DNA from: Eledone cirrhosa
Lineage: Eukaryota
Reading direction: 5' to 3'
DNA: 64,000 bases
Assembly (NCBI GenBank): GCA_964016885.1
Contig: OZ024754.1
Coordinates: 32,302,001-32,366,000, forward strand
Shown here: positions 1-13,811 of the stretch, piece after piece
Layout of the letters: each line of letters starts with the position of its first letter
Numbering within the stretch: the stretch's first letter is position 1
The notes under the pieces: generated by a model
What the model was told of the DNA's origin: nothing
The model's database searches: none
What the model saw: the letters and a program-made list of their open reading frames with translations, nothing else
Position numbers and translations under genes: made by a program

Positions 1-1559
1 TATGGCAGGATTTATAATAAATTGTTTATATATAATTATATAGAACTATAAACAAACAGTCTGATAGTCATGCCTGCATCGTCTCACACATTTACAACAA
101 AAAAATATATAATAATAAAATATATTTTTTGAAACCCAAATTAATAAAACCTTTCTAATTACTTGCGAAACAAAAATATAACTTTCACATTTCTTCCAAG
201 GCATTTTGACGTTTATCAGCCCCAATCCCAACTGAAGACCAGGAATGGTTAAACTAAGAATTTGCTTATTTGAATTTTAGAAATTAAAAAAAAACGAAAA
301 AAAAACGATTTATTATCTATACTTGATTCAGACCTATTTGCATTATGTTGCTGGCTGTTGTGACTATGATTTATATTAATCTGTACATGTTTCATTTGAT
401 ACCAAACTACCGGAAATTGCACCTGTTTCTATGATACAAAGCTGTTTGTTTTAAAGTGTTTGTGTTTATCTAAAAACCTTCCATCATAATTTTATATAAG
501 CACTTTTGTTAAGTTATGCTCCAAACACCAGTTAAATAGTGAGAAAGTTATATTACTAAATCCCTCCAAATTTTTTATTATTTTCAAAATTATTTGAAAA
601 TAATAGGCAATGTTTTCTAATCAAAATATACTAATGAAAGGGTTAAAGTGTTTATATTTATCTAAACACCGTCCAACATAATTTTATATAAGAACTTTTG
701 TTAAGTTATACTTCAAACACCAGCTAAATAATGAGAAAGTTATATTATTAAATCCCTCCAAATTCTTAATTATTTTCAAAATTACTTGAAAATCATAGGC
801 AGTGTTTTTTATTAGAAATATGGTAATGAAAGGGTTAAACAACAAGTAATATTTTGATATTTATTCTTGGTGAGGAATGTGTGGTCCTACTAAGTCTTTT
901 TTGTTGGGCTGTTTTGTAAAATCTCCTTGTGTTTCTTTTTTATAAGATTAATATGGGATAAAGAGTGAATGGTTGATTGAATAATATCCCAAACTACAGC
1001 ATAATCTATCATGTTGATACTATTCTAAGACTGAGTTATTTTCCATTGCATCCCACACCCTCTCCTAAGCCCAACTAACAATAACTGTCTTTTACACTTG
1101 TGCCTGAAGCAAATTCACAAGGCATTCAAAAAATAAATCTTCAATTTTATCAATGTCCATAAAACTTTCAGCAATAAATAACAAACAAAAGATTTCAACT
1201 TCATTCTCTATCGGAGTTATTATTCTGTCGGAATATAATGGGAACATTTATTGGAAAAGTCTAGGATCTCACCCATTAGAATAATCTAAAATACAAGCGT
1301 TTTAAGCCATTTTCTTTGGTACTGCAACAGTTAGCCTTATAGGGACCCATGACAAGCTTCTCTATTTTGCCCTATCCTCTTCATCCCCATTCACCAAACT
1401 AACTGCCCTGGCTTTAATTTCCTCTTGTCATCTTTAGCCATGTTTTTCTTGATCTTCATCATTGTGACCACAGTGAAACATTCCTGACAAAGTCTCTCCA
1501 CAATTCATCATTTTCCATTGTTCCTGGTAACTGTTCCCTACTGGGGTTTGTATCATCCA

Positions 1560-2085
1560 AGAGTTGATTGATGAAGGTTCAAGCAGGTCTCCCTCAACTG
1601 TGTCTCCCATAAGTTAGTTCCCACAATAGTAGCTTGTGTATAATACCCTGAGTTGGTCAATGAAGGTTCAAGCAGGTCTTCCATGCAGCTCCCCTTGCTT
1701 TGGTTCCCACAATAGTAACTTGTGTATAACACCCTGAGTTGATCAATGAAGGTTCAAGCAGGTCTTCCTCTACTGTCTCTTGTCAGTTAGTTCCCACAAT
1801 AGTAACTTGTGTATAACACCCTGAGTTGATCAATGAAGGTTCAAGCAGGCCTTCCTCTACTGTCTCCTGTCAGTTAGTTCCCACAATAGCAGCTTGTGTA
1901 TAACATCATGAGTTGATCAATGAAGGTTCAAGCAGGCCTTCCTCTACTGTCTCCTGTCAGTTAGTTCCCACAATAGCAGCTTGTGTATAACATCCTGAGT
2001 TGATCAATGAAGGTTCAAGCAGGTCTTCCTCTATGGCGTCTCCTGTCAGTTAGTTCCCACAATAGTAGCTTGTGTATAACATCAT
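1560..2085. repeat. Minisatellite, ~80 bp unit, ~6.5 copies
   Basis: Repeated GAGTTGATCAATGAAGGTTCAAGCAGG...TAGTTCCCACAATAG..CTTGTGTATAAC. Confidence 0.9.
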
Positions 2086-2489
2086 GCTTGCTTCTCCAGC
2101 AATGTCTACAAATCATAACCATCTTTGAACAATTGTAGTTATGTTGGGCAAGTTTCTTGGATTGAATTAGGAAGGAAAGGAATGGTATTGGTGGTGCTTC
2201 TGTCTTTTCATATCCTTGGGGAGCTATATACTATGGGCAACTATAACCTTTGGAGTTACTTCCATTGGATCAAGTTACTGTAAGCCAAGGAATATGTGAC
2301 CGAAAAATCGATGGTAGAAGTGGGTGGTGGCTTATATTCACCATCTAAACAATGTGTTGATTAGCTGCCTTGGCTTATAAATGGGGTTTGGATATTTGAC
2401 AATTTTTTTCAGACATAAAATAGTGTGTGTGTGTGTGTGTGGGGGGGGGGGGGATTATATTCAAGTACATAGGGTAATTGTTAACAGGT

Positions 2490-3229
2490 GTAAGTATATA
2501 TAAATCTCAGTGGAAGGAAGCTGCAGTAGAGGTAGACCAAAAAAGACCTGGGCAGAGGTGGTGAGAGCTGGTGCATGACCAATGGAGCATCAATGAGCAG
2601 AGAGAAAAACTGGATATAAAGAAAGATTGGATACAGTGTGCAGGGGAAGAGACTGCATTGGTAGAGAATGTACACAATACAGATCTTGGGTACACAAGAG
2701 GTAGTGGGGTAGCAGGCAAACTAACAGGAAGGGAAAACTTCATATGTGGTAAAGGTTCAGGGAAATTTGATAGAAGTGTCAGTGATAGGCACATTTTTCA
2801 AATGCAGGTAGGATCTATAGAGGTAGTTGATAGCTTCTGATACCTAGGTGATCAGATTATCAAGGGAGGAGGATGCTCCGAGGTCATAGTATCTGTAATA
2901 AGGACAGGATGAAAGAAGTTTAGGGAGCTGTTTCCTCTATTGATGATGAAGGGTTTCTCCCTACGAACGAAAGTAGTGTGCGAGAGTGAAGACTGCATTG
3001 TATGGACATGTGATGCACATGGAAGATGACCGCTGGGTGAAGAAATGTCAAGAAATCCCAGTGGAAGGAAGACCACAAAAAACACGGGCGGGGGTGGTGA
3101 GAGCTGACCTCAGTTCACTGAAGCTCACAGAGGAGATGAAGAAGGACCGTGATGAATGGAGAGATGCTGTGCTGAAAAGGACCCGTCCCACCCTTACAAG
3201 CAAGGAAAAGCGGACGTAAAATGATGATG
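2490..3229 (+). mobile_element. Degenerate RTE-clade LINE 3' fragment
   Basis: IEVVDSF*YLGD, IRTG*KKFRELFPLL, LYGHVMHMEDDRWVKKC, GRPQKT; ends GAAAAGCGGACGTAAAA(TGA)n. Confidence 0.8.
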
Positions 3230-4722
3230 TGTATGAAGGGTAACAGCTATATAAAGAAATGGTGAGCACTTGAAGTCAAAGGAACCTATGGAAAGGGAAG
3301 AGCTATGAAAATGAGGGATCATGTGGTGATGATTAATCTTATGTTGTTGAACCTCACTGAGATCAAGTTATCTGGCAACATGACATGCTGCAGAAGTCTT
3401 GCCTTCTCACACAACTAGGATGAAATAAGCATAAGGAGGATGGTCTCCACCTAGCAGCATGCTCCTAGTTTCGTAATGGGCACTTTAATGTTGTAACGGG
3501 GCAGTGCTGGTACCACGATAAAATGTTCCTAGTAAAGCCAAAACTGAGCATGATGTGGTCCCTGACCAGTCTGGCCTCATCATGCAAACATGGAAAATTA
3601 AACGGTGATTATATATATATATATATATATATATCGGGTCACGAATAACCGTTCCCCACCGCTTATTAAATTTTGCTAACCTAACCTATCTCCAGCGATA
3701 TTTTATTTTAAGTGGTAGCATTCCGGCGACAATTTATTTTCTTTATATACATAACAAAAAAGTACATTACTAGAAATCATATACGTTATAAAATAAATAG
3801 GATGAGTTGTGGTCTTAATATGGAAATTAAGCGACTTATTCTAGTTTTTTCAAAAACCAACGGAGACAACCTAGAAAAATTATCTCCCCCCCCCCGTGCT
3901 TATTCCACCACTCCCCTTATTTTTGGGGACCCGAGAGTACAGTGTAAAACAGGTCTCGACATTATTAACGGTACGAAGAAGGAGTTACATAAATAATTAG
4001 ATGTAGCAAAAAATCTTCATTTGAAACACGAGTCACTGATAACTTTTCGCCCTCCTGAACCTACAATATATAAATATTTCGTATATGTATGGACCCGTAA
4101 CGCCATTTTAAACATCTCCAACTGACGAGAGAGATAGAGTGATAGAGATATGGACGAAAGATCGACCCTAGTACTGAACTGGTACTTTCATCAACATCGA
4201 AAATATAGAAGTCAAAGTTGAACTCAGGTGGATTTGAACTTATAACACAAAGTATCCTACCAGATGTTTTAACGATATTGTCAATTCACCACCTATTTTA
4301 CAAAAAGAAGTTATACAATGATGGAAATATGAAAAAACAAAACGAAATAAAGAAAAAAGGGAGGAATGGGTAAAGAACGTCAGATCTGGCTGTATAGGAA
4401 AGGACTAAATGCCATAAATCTCTGTTGTTGAAGATTGGTTTCTGATTTAAGCACAAGGCCAACAATTTTGGTTAAGGGGGAAAGTCGACTAAATCGATCC
4501 CAGTGCATTACTGGTACTTTATTTTATCAACCTCGTAAGGATGAAAGGCAAAGCTAACATCGGCAGGATTTGAACTCAGATCGTAAAGGACCGTAACTCT
4601 GCCATAAAACATGTCCGACGCTACTAACTAAACAGGCACAACACAATTTTTACAGGTCTCCTTTTATAGATATTCACCGCCTTGTCCTGTCTTCTAATCT
4701 CCTGTGCTACTAACTGTCTAAC

Positions 4723-4746
4723 ATGGTACTGTTAGAAAATGACTCG
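4723..4746 (+). CDS. SRP14: SRP14 coding exon 1 (MVLLENDS)
   Basis: ATG at 4723; donor GTATGT at 4747. Confidence 0.9.
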
Positions 4747-4999
4747 GTATGTGGAATATTTATTATTCATCTCAATTTGTTCATTGTATTCCACGACAAA
4801 TTATTGAACTTCTATTTGTACAAACTAGATTAAAAATTACGTTAAACAACGACGATAGTTCTTTTAGTTCTTACACCTTCATTAAGTCCAATCTTTTCTA
4901 CTTAAATTACGTTTTACATTTTTCGTTTTCACCAGACAGACACAAGTATTACTTTAGAATCTTTGTTTTTTCCCTTTTGAACGCAATTATATAATAATT

Positions 5000-5040
<41 letters not shown>

Positions 5041-8000
5041 AAATCCTTTTGTATAAAAAATTACCTGTTTCGAATAAAATTTAATATGGGTGTCACAAAA
5101 ATTCCTACTTAAAAAAACCCCATTATTTTAAATTCTAACACTATTACGGGCTGCATTTAAAACCGTCCAGCTGTTAATTATCGTGTGATAAATAATAATA
5201 CTTATTACTTTTGCTATTTAGGTTTGTATAACGTTATATAAACAGTTGTCATTATTTCCACAGCAACATATGGTCTAGTTAAGTTGATTCTCGACAAGAG
5301 CCACGAGTTCTTTTCTCTCACACTTTACATATAATATCATTAACAATTTTCTGAGGAAGGAGCTCCGCGAAGTGAGGTGGCTGTTGCAGTGTGTGTCACT
5401 GGCCATTGTCCGCGGAAATGCCTTTGCTATTTTGTCCACGGGCCGCAGCCAAAATACCGCTCTGAACTAGATGTAGAATCTGTCACCTACCCTTTTTCTT
5501 TCTTGCTTTGTCAAATAGTCCTTGCTCCCCCCTCCCCCTTTTCTCTCATTTATGGCACTTAGTCATTTCCAATGCTGCTTTCATTTTCTGATTAGCTTTG
5601 GTGGGTTGAATCAGTGAACTTGTGTCAATCCTCGGTGGTAGCTATTTCACTGAGACTGCGAGTTGTGTTTGTGAGCAAGAGCAGGTTTCAATCCTCGGTG
5701 GTATCTATTTCACTGAGACTGCGAGTTGTGTTTGTGAGCAAGAGCAGGTTTCAATCCTCGGTGGTAGCTATTTCACTGAGACTGCGAGTTGTGTTTGTGA
5801 GCAAGAGCAGGTTTCAATCCTCGGTGGTAGCTATTTCACTGAGACTGCGAGTTGTGTTTGTGAGCAAGAACAGGTTTCAATCCTCGGTGGTAGCTATTTC
5901 ACTTAACACCGCCAACATCAATGGAAAAGGCTTCAACGCCGTGACTCCCCCATAAAAAAATATATATCGCCTTTGTATCTAATAAATAAAAGTTCAGTAT
6001 TTTCCCTGAATATTTCGAAATTAAACATAGAAAGTCAGTAATGTTTAAGATGGTCACTTCGTGTTCGATCTCACAGGGTGTCAGCTTATGCAACTGTCGT
6101 TTACTGCACTCTTGACACTACTACTACATAGTTTGTTTCACAACCACAAGGTTTTGGGTTCTGTCCCACCGCATGTCACAAGTGTCTCTATAAGCTCTGA
6201 CTGACCAATGGTAGGGAGTTGTTTAAAGGGAATATTGTTGCTATTTCTAGCAGGTCAGTGACAGTCTCGAAGGTCTCTTGTTGATTTAAATATAGTTAAA
6301 TGATATTTATATGGTATGGATATTTTTACCTTTGTTTTATTTTTACGCAACTTCGTTTGCCTTATCCCATATATATATATAATGTGTGTGTGTGTGTGTG
6401 TGTTGTATGTATGAAAATACCCTATTGGCAACGTTAAGGAAATTGTTATTGGATTGGTTGAATTGTTAGCCCTTCTTCTTTGCCCACTTATTCCTGAGAG
6501 AGTCGTGGGGGCACAGTCTTCAAACACTCCTTCCAGCAGGTCCTGTCAGAAGCAACTGATTTCGCTGGATCCCCAAGCGTGACCAGCCCTGTTCATGGCT
6601 GTTATCCAACCATCTTGCTTGGTGTTTAGCCCTGGGTCTACTGCTGGTTGCTTTTACACATAAAAATCTGTCCAGCAATTCTTTCCTGAGACATTCTAAC
6701 CACATGCCCATAGTATCGGAACTGTGATGTCTCAATTGTTAGCCCATCAGTCAAAAAGCGCCATATGGGACTTGAACCCCTAGGAATGTCCCTCCCCCAC
6801 CCCATGATTTTTTATTACTCCCACCTGTTATATATTCAATGTCTTTTTCAGTTTCTCAGTGAACTTACACGATTTTTTCAAAGATCAAAGAACACGGGGT
6901 CATTGAATATAACAATGAAACGATGTAAGTAGCAAATCTTTTCATGACTGGATTGTTAATGAAATAAACTCAATCTCAATTGATTAAGAATTTTGAGGGA
7001 TTTACTAAAATTATTTCATTACTAATATAGTAAATTAACATATCTTATATAAAATTGTTGGGAGACCTTAATTTAGATAGGAACCCTTTAAAATGTGTTG
7101 TTTTGTTTCATAGAATCAGGGTTAGGATTTTTAATGAGATAAACTCAATCTCAATTAAGAATTTTGAGGGATTTACTAAAATTATTTTATTACTAAGATT
7201 GTAACTTAACATATTCTTATATAAAATTATGTTGGAAGACCTTAATTTAGATAGGAACCCTTTAAAATGTGTTGTTTTGTTTCATAGAATCAGGGTTAGG
7301 ATGGTATTAAGAGAGTTAATAGAATGTGAATGACTTAAAGCAATCATTGCTTCTGGTAAGTGAAACTTGTCTATTGGTTTCGATTCTAGGCTTAATCCAG
7401 TCTGATTTACTTCTACTTCTAATGCCTTTGAGAACAACCAACCCTTTCTAGGGCTGGGGTCAACAAAATATATTACCAGTTGAGTATTAGAGTTGATTAA
7501 ATTGATTATTTGTTCCCCAAATTGTGTCATCATGTTGGGAATTATTATAATTATTATTTTTGACTAGTAGTATTAGTAGAGCGTCGGACAACATGCTTGC
7601 TTTGTAGCATAGAGCTAAGTCTCTTTACGCTCTTAGTTGAAATCCTGCCTTTCATCCTTATGGGGTTAATAAAATGAAGTACTTGCAATGCTCTGGAGTC
7701 GATTTAATTGACTTTCCCCTCTCCCAGATTTGTTGGCTTTGTGCCTAAATCAGAAACCATTGTTTTCATTTTCAACTTTTCATTTTAGATGATGGCCGGA
7801 CTAAGCCTAAACCAAAGACTAAACGTTTGGAACAAACCATGTCTCATGAAACGGTAGAATATAAATGTATTCTCAGAGCATCTTTAGGCAACAAGAAAAT
7901 TTCCACTGTAGTAAGTATATATATATCTATCTGTTTAAAATAGCAGGGGGCACAGGACATAGACAATGGAAAAAAAAACAACAGAAAAACGGACAGTCCT

Positions 8001-8053
8001 TTCTTCTCAGTCAACTTCTGGAAATTGCTACAGTTTCGGTGTATTAAGGTTGA

Positions 8054-8096
<43 letters not shown>

Positions 8097-10626
8097 TAGG
8101 AAGGGCATCCAGCTGTAGAAAACCAGCCAGAAACTCTCCTATATGAGCGAGACATGGTCACTCGACCCCACTTGCCTCTAAATAAGACAACCCCATGCTA
8201 GCGTAGAAGATAGACATTAATCGATGATGATGATAATATATATATATATAGAAAGAACAAACGAACATATGTTTAGAAAATGGCAAGCAGAATTTGAAAG
8301 TTGAATTAGATTTTTCCGTAACTTAGTTTAAATAATAGTTTAATAGTAACTGGGCGTATAAACTCACTGAACAGAAAAAGATAGGCATCAGCACACATGG
8401 GAGTCAAACTCACAGCTCTTGTTTGCCAGACAAGTGCACTACATCTTATGTTCTGTATTTGTTTCACTTCTGTATTGTATGAGTAAGGCCTTTGTCTTTA
8501 CATGCAGATTTTGTTAAAAATATATAACAGGGGTTCAGGCATGGCTATGTGTTAAGAAGTTTGTTTTGTAACCATGTGATTTTGGATTCAGTTGCACCAC
8601 CTGACCTTCTATTATAGTCTTGAGTTGACCAATGCTATGTTAGTAAAATTTGATAGAAACTGTGCAGAAGCCCATTGTATATGTCACCACCATCAACAAC
8701 ACTGTCTCCATTTACTGATTGATTATATTCCATAACTTAGTAGTTCAACAAATAGGGATTGATAAAATAAGTACCTGATAGAATTGATTAAATTTCTTAA
8801 CACTTTGTCCAAACATGTCTATGGCTGTGACCTTCAGGAACACTCATTGTCCTGCTTTCATTGCAGGCATCTATTTTAATAGCATTAGAAAGCCTACCAA
8901 CACTATAAGCATAGCCTTTCTTCTATGGATTAAAATAAAAAAAATAAAAAAGTAGTATGTGACCTGTGTGATAGCTAGAAGTGGTTGTGAACCAATGTAG
9001 TCAGCATCTCACCTGTATTATGAGAAATGTGGCTGAGATGAAGAGAATCATCAAACTTTGTTTCATACATTTCAGTGAGATTGTAGGCAAGCCATGTATA
9101 CTTAGCTGTCTGGCACCTCTCAACATTTTCCACCCTTTTCTTATTCTAGCTACTAAGCTTTCAGAGCAACCTCACCCACTGCTAATGAGAATACCTGAAT
9201 AACAGACACTATCAACTATTTCTGTGGTATTCTCCAGAGAGTGGACAAAAATTTATTTTACACCACAATGGGATTTTTTTCTACAAGTCAAGGGTAGATT
9301 GTGTGATGTTTGCATGAGAAATGTGATGATGCCTGTCAGTGAGACATGGGTTGCAAATGTAGAGGATATGTGAAAGCTGGAGAAAAATGGACTGAGCATA
9401 TTCTGTTGGATGTGTAATGTTAGAATATTAGTGTGCATAATAGTGCATGGATGAACTGAGGAAAAAAAATGGGTATAAGATGAATTAGATGCAATGTGCA
9501 AGAGAGAGGACTGTGCTGGTATGGACATGTGAGACACATGGATGATGGTTGCTGAGCGAACAAGCACCAGTGGAAAGAAGCTGCAGTAGAGGAAGACCAT
9601 GAAAAACCTGAGTAGAGGTGGTTAGATATGATTTCAAAACTGAACCTCACAGAGGAGATGATGAAGGGAGGCTGTGTTGAATAGGACTTGTACATTCCAT
9701 ATAAGCATGATGATTGGTAAAACTGGTACTAACATTGTACTCGTGTATTGAGAGCAGTGCTGGATTTACCATTGTGCTTAGGTGAGCTTAAGCCCAGGGT
9801 CTCGTTGGGCAGGAGGGGGGGCATCTTCCTGCCAAAATAATTTTTTACCTCCTTTAGGGCTCAAGTAAGGGGCTTCATAACTTAACTAGCACGGGGCCTC
9901 ATTTGTCCTAAATCCAGCACTGGTTGAGAGGGATAATGATATTATTAGTTAGATTAATGCAGTCAACACAGTCATTTAAGCAAGAGATTATTAGATAGAT
10001 TAATACAGTCAATATATTCATTTAAGCAAGAGATTATTAGATAGATTAAAACAGTCAATATATTCATTTGAGCAAGAGATTTAGTTAGATTAATACAGTC
10101 AATATATTCAAGAGATTATTGCTGGGATCAATATTATCAATACCATTCCATTTAACTTTCATCTTGTTTCTATTTTTTTCCAGGTAAATCAAAAAGATGT
10201 AAATAAATTCCAGATGGTGAGCAACTGTTTTATTTTCAAAAATTAAAATTTTAATTTTTATATTCACTTATCTCTGTATATCTTGTTTTTTATTGCCTTG
10301 GTTTACTAGCTCTATACGGACGTTTAAATAAATAAATAATATTATTACTGATAACATATCAATGTGTCATTGAAGCCAACTATATCTGGTTGTAAAATAT
10401 TGCCTCAAAAAGAACCTTTGCCTTAACCCTTTAGCATTTACATTACTCTATATATACTATTGTATTTTTGTGGTAAAAGCTTTATCTTACATAATATCGA
10501 GTCTACAAGATTTTGATGTTATTTATTTTGAGAACAATACCTTAATGTCAGTATGAGCGACCGGTTTGAACAGAAAGAGTGAGAGGATTCTGAGCTAAAG
10601 GGTTAAAATGCTATGCATGCGTTTGT

Positions 10627-10659
<33 letters not shown>

Positions 10660-10790
10660 CTTTGTTACTGTTCCATTAATGTTTTCATTATCTTTTTCAG
10701 GCATATGTTAATGTTTTGAAAGGCAACATGGATGGCTTGAAGAAACGGGATAAAAAATCAGCCAAAGGAAAATCCAAAGCTACTCAATAA
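4723..10790 (+). CDS. SRP14: Signal recognition particle 14 kDa protein, 5 coding exons (4723-4746, 6852-6924, 7789-7910, 10184-10216, 10701-10790), 113 aa
   Basis: All introns are GT..AG with consistent phase. Spliced product MVLLENDS-FLSELTRFFQRSKNTGSLNITMKRY-DGRTKPKPK...YKCILRASLGNKKISTV-VNQKDVNKFQM-AYVNVLKGNMDGLKKRDKKSAKGKSKATQ* matches the SRP14 hallmarks (MVLL, YDGRTKP, KKISTVV, NKFQMAY, NMDGLKKRDKK). Confidence 0.96.
5352..5560 (+). mobile_element. 3' fragment of a CRE-like retrotransposon in SRP14 intron 1
   Basis: [24 protein letters not shown], homologous to the 46357 fragment. Confidence 0.6.
5626..5903. repeat. Minisatellite, 63 bp unit, ~4.4 copies
   Basis: TCAATCCTCGGTGGTAGCTATTTCACTGAGACTGCGAGTTGTGTTTGTGAGCAAGAGCAGGTT. 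Confidence 0.92.
6445..6745 (-). mobile_element. RTE-like LINE C-terminal fragment of a different family
   Basis: Frameshifted LRYYGHVVRMSQERIARQIF / RPRAKHQARWLD..WSRLGI. Confidence 0.55.
6852..6924 (+). CDS. SRP14: SRP14 coding exon 2
   Basis: tttttcAG acceptor, GTAAGT donor; FLSELTRFFQRSKNTGSLNITMKR. Confidence 0.93.
7789..7910 (+). CDS. SRP14: SRP14 coding exon 3
   Basis: ttttAG acceptor, GTAAGT donor; YDGRTKP...KKISTV. Confidence 0.94.
9270..9712 (+). mobile_element. Degenerate RTE LINE fragment (SRP14 intron 3)
   Basis: Similar to 2490-3229; LCWYGHVRHMDD motif. Confidence 0.7.
9755..9922. mobile_element. hAT-type MITE
   Basis: 14 bp TIR CAGTGCTGGATTTA/TAAATCCAGCACTG; 8 bp TSD ATTGAGAG/GTTGAGAG. 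Confidence 0.85.
10184..10216 (+). CDS. SRP14: SRP14 coding exon 4 (33 nt)
   Basis: tttttttccAG acceptor, GTGAGC donor; VNQKDVNKFQM. Confidence 0.92.
10427..10602. mobile_element. piggyBac-type MITE copy
   Basis: TTAA-CCCTTTAGC...GCTAAAGGG-TTAA. Confidence 0.8.
10701..10790 (+). CDS. SRP14: SRP14 coding exon 5
   Basis: tttttcAG acceptor; AYVNVLKGNMDGLKKRDKK...TQ*. Confidence 0.94.
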   Translation, partial: AYVNVLKGNMDGLKKRDKKSAKGKSKATQ

Positions 10791-13613
10791 ATGTTCACAC
10801 AATTCCATTTTCTTCTACAATTGTATTTTAGTATTTTGTTGGTTTTTACTCTTTTCTTGGTTTCTTTCATTATATTGCTACCATGCTGGAGCATTGCCTT
10901 AAAGAGATTTAGTTGATTGGATTGTCATTAGACTTCTACCATGCTGGAGCATCACCTTTAAGAGATTTAGTTGATCATTTTTGACCCAGTACTTATTTTT
11001 CAAGTGTGGTACTTATTTTATTGATCTTTACTTGACAAACTGTTAAGTTATTGACAGAAACAAACAGTAAATGTAAACACAGATGCATGCACATACAATT
11101 ATATATATATACGCACGCACGTACACGTATATAGTTTTCAAAAAAAGCCTGCATGGCTAAGTTTTTAAAATATGAATTCAAAATGGTGGGTGAGTGCACA
11201 GGACAAAATTCAATGGAAAAACACAGTCCCATCTCCTAAGTCAACCCCTGGAATTCACTAGTTTCAGTACATTAAGGTTGATACATATATTTATATGATT
11301 GGTTTCCTTATAGTTTCTATCTACCAAATTCCACTTACAAGGTGTTGATCAACATGAGGTTCTAGTAGACACTTGTCCAAGATGCCACACACTGGGATAG
11401 AAGCCAAACCATAGTTATAAAGTGAAACACTGGTTATATGTGGTAAGACCACCTCAATGGCCTACATGTATATTATATCTTAAATATAAATGTTTGAAAA
11501 GGTCTGAACTCTACAAATATATTATATTACATAAATTCATGAGAACCCCCTCAATAACTCAAATGAATATTCTAATATATTTTACACATAAACACCTGAA
11601 AGAAGTGCGACTCACAGAAAACACCTCAATGGCACACATACATTATAAAAATTTTACATTTAAACAGGTTTGAGGTGTGTAGAAAACACCTTGACCCTTT
11701 AGCATTTACATTACTCTATATTTACTATTGTATTTTCATGGTAAAGGCTTTACCTCACATAATATTGAATCTACGAGATTTTAATATTATTTATTTTGAG
11801 AACAATATCTTGACATCAGTATGAGTGGCCAGTTTGAACAGAAAGAGGTGAAAGATTCTGGCCAGATACAGCCGGTTGAAATGCTAAAGGGTTAATGAAC
11901 CACCTGTTTCTGGCCCCTGAATTGTTTTAGATACGCTGCCTGAAGATCTTCAGTGGTGTCCCAGCTGGAGAGGCACTTGGCTCTGTACTACGTATGTCCA
12001 CAAAGAGACCAGTAAATGCACAGGAAACACGGTAGACAGATAAAGAATTGGTTGAGGTCTGTAGAGGAAGCCCTAGCCAAGGAGTAGGCCCATATCAAGG
12101 TTTGCATCCATGCAGAATGGAGGTCTCTTCTCACCCAATTCTCCATAAGAAACAAAAAAATAAATTAAATTAAATTAGAATAATATAAAGTTATGTGGAA
12201 GGTTTTAATTTATGAGTGTTGGCTGAAAAGTTCATAGGTTGACTAAGATACTCTCGTGGAATGACTAAATGGTTTATTTTTCAACATAGTCTCTAGAACC
12301 CCCCCCCCCCCCCCCCCCCCAAAAAAAAACAATGCAGTTATTAAGAAATAGAGTTGAAATTAATGCATGCAAAATTTCACAGCTCTGGCATCACTCCTTC
12401 ATAGCCTTTTCAGCTGACTCTTGTAACTAGGAACCATTTAAAATGGGTTGTTTCATAGAACCAGGATCAGTTTTGGGTGAGTTGGTATTGAAAGGGTTAA
12501 CTGTAGTTATATATTGATTCTTCATTTGGCACAAAGCCAGCAATTTGAAGGGAAAGGGAAGTCGATTAAATCTACCACAGTGCATTACTGGTACTTTATT
12601 TTATCGACCTTCATAAGGATGAAAGACAAAGCTACCCATGGTGGGATTTGAACTCAGAATGTAAGGGACCGTAACTACATGCCACAAAGAATGTTGTCTG
12701 GCACTCTAATGATACTGCCAATCCAAATAATGTTTTCTACTTTAGGCACAAGGCCAACACTTCTGGGGAGGGGCAAGTTGATTAAATCAATCCCAGTGTG
12801 GTACTTTATTTTATCGACCCTGCAAGGACGAGAGGCAAAGCTAACCTTGGTGGGATTTGAAGTCAGAATGTAAAGGGACGTAACTATGTTTCAAAAATAT
12901 ATATTTAGATATTGAAAAATAAAGCAGCAGTTTGTTTATTTCCTGATGGAATATAAAGAAAACATTTCAACTGACAGCAAGTAGAATTGGAAAAACAACA
13001 AAATCTCAGGTAAGTAATCATCATCATCATGGTTTAACCGTTTAGCATTTAAACCGGCCATATCTGACCAAGATACTTTCATGGAATGACCAAATGAAAT
13101 TTACTTTTCAACATAATCCCTTGAAGGAAACAATGCAGTTATTAATAAAAAAGAGTTGAAATTAATGCGTGTAAGATTTCACAGCACTAGCATCATTTCT
13201 TCATAGTCAGCCTATAGTGGCCTCGGGATGCCATCATTATTGCCATCTGTTCAAACTGGCCGTAACTGGCCGCTCATTTTGATGTTAAAGTATTTTTCTC
13301 AAAATAAATAATATCAAAATCTCATAGTTTCGATATTATGTGAGATAATTATGTGAGGTAAAGCTTTTACCATGAAAATATGATAGTATATATAAAGTAA
13401 TGTAAATGCTAAAGGGTTTTAACGTCCATTTTTTCCACGCTAACATGGAAGGAGGCTGAACAACTAAGCACCGCTTGTATCTGTTTTCCAGTTACACCAT
13501 AGTTCTGCCTAACAGATCATACTGAACACTTTGCTGTGGATTGATGAATCATTGGCTGCAATGAAGTAGTCTGGAATTGTATTTTCTCTAGTTTCAAGGT
13601 TGTTTCTGTAGTA

Positions 13614-13811
13614 CAAGGGTCGGCCGAAAAGTTCGTAGCCTGACCAAGATACTCTCATGGAATGACCAAATGAGGTTTATTTTTCAACATAATCCCTGAA
13701 GAGAAACAATGCTATTATTAATGAGAAGTGTTGAAATTAATGCTTGCAAGATTTCACAGCTCTCGCATCACTCCTTCATATTCAGCATATGAACTTTTCA
13801 GCCTACCCTCG
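13614..13811. mobile_element. Tc1/mariner-type MITE (other copies: 12213-12423, 37182-37353; partial 15231-15343 and 13065-13215)
   Basis: TA-CAAGGGTCGGCCGAAAAGTTC ... GAACTTTTCAGCCTACCCTCG-TA: TIRs with TA flanks. Confidence 0.8.

Noticed and set aside
46-1290. Minus-strand exons of a gene divergent from SRP14
   Set aside because: Plausible splice-like signals near 162-253 and 1285, but the frames contain stops and I recognise no protein.
6753-6785. tRNA gene
   Set aside because: Only a T-arm/B-box-like 3' fragment; no cloverleaf. The other B boxes in the window belong to SINE heads.
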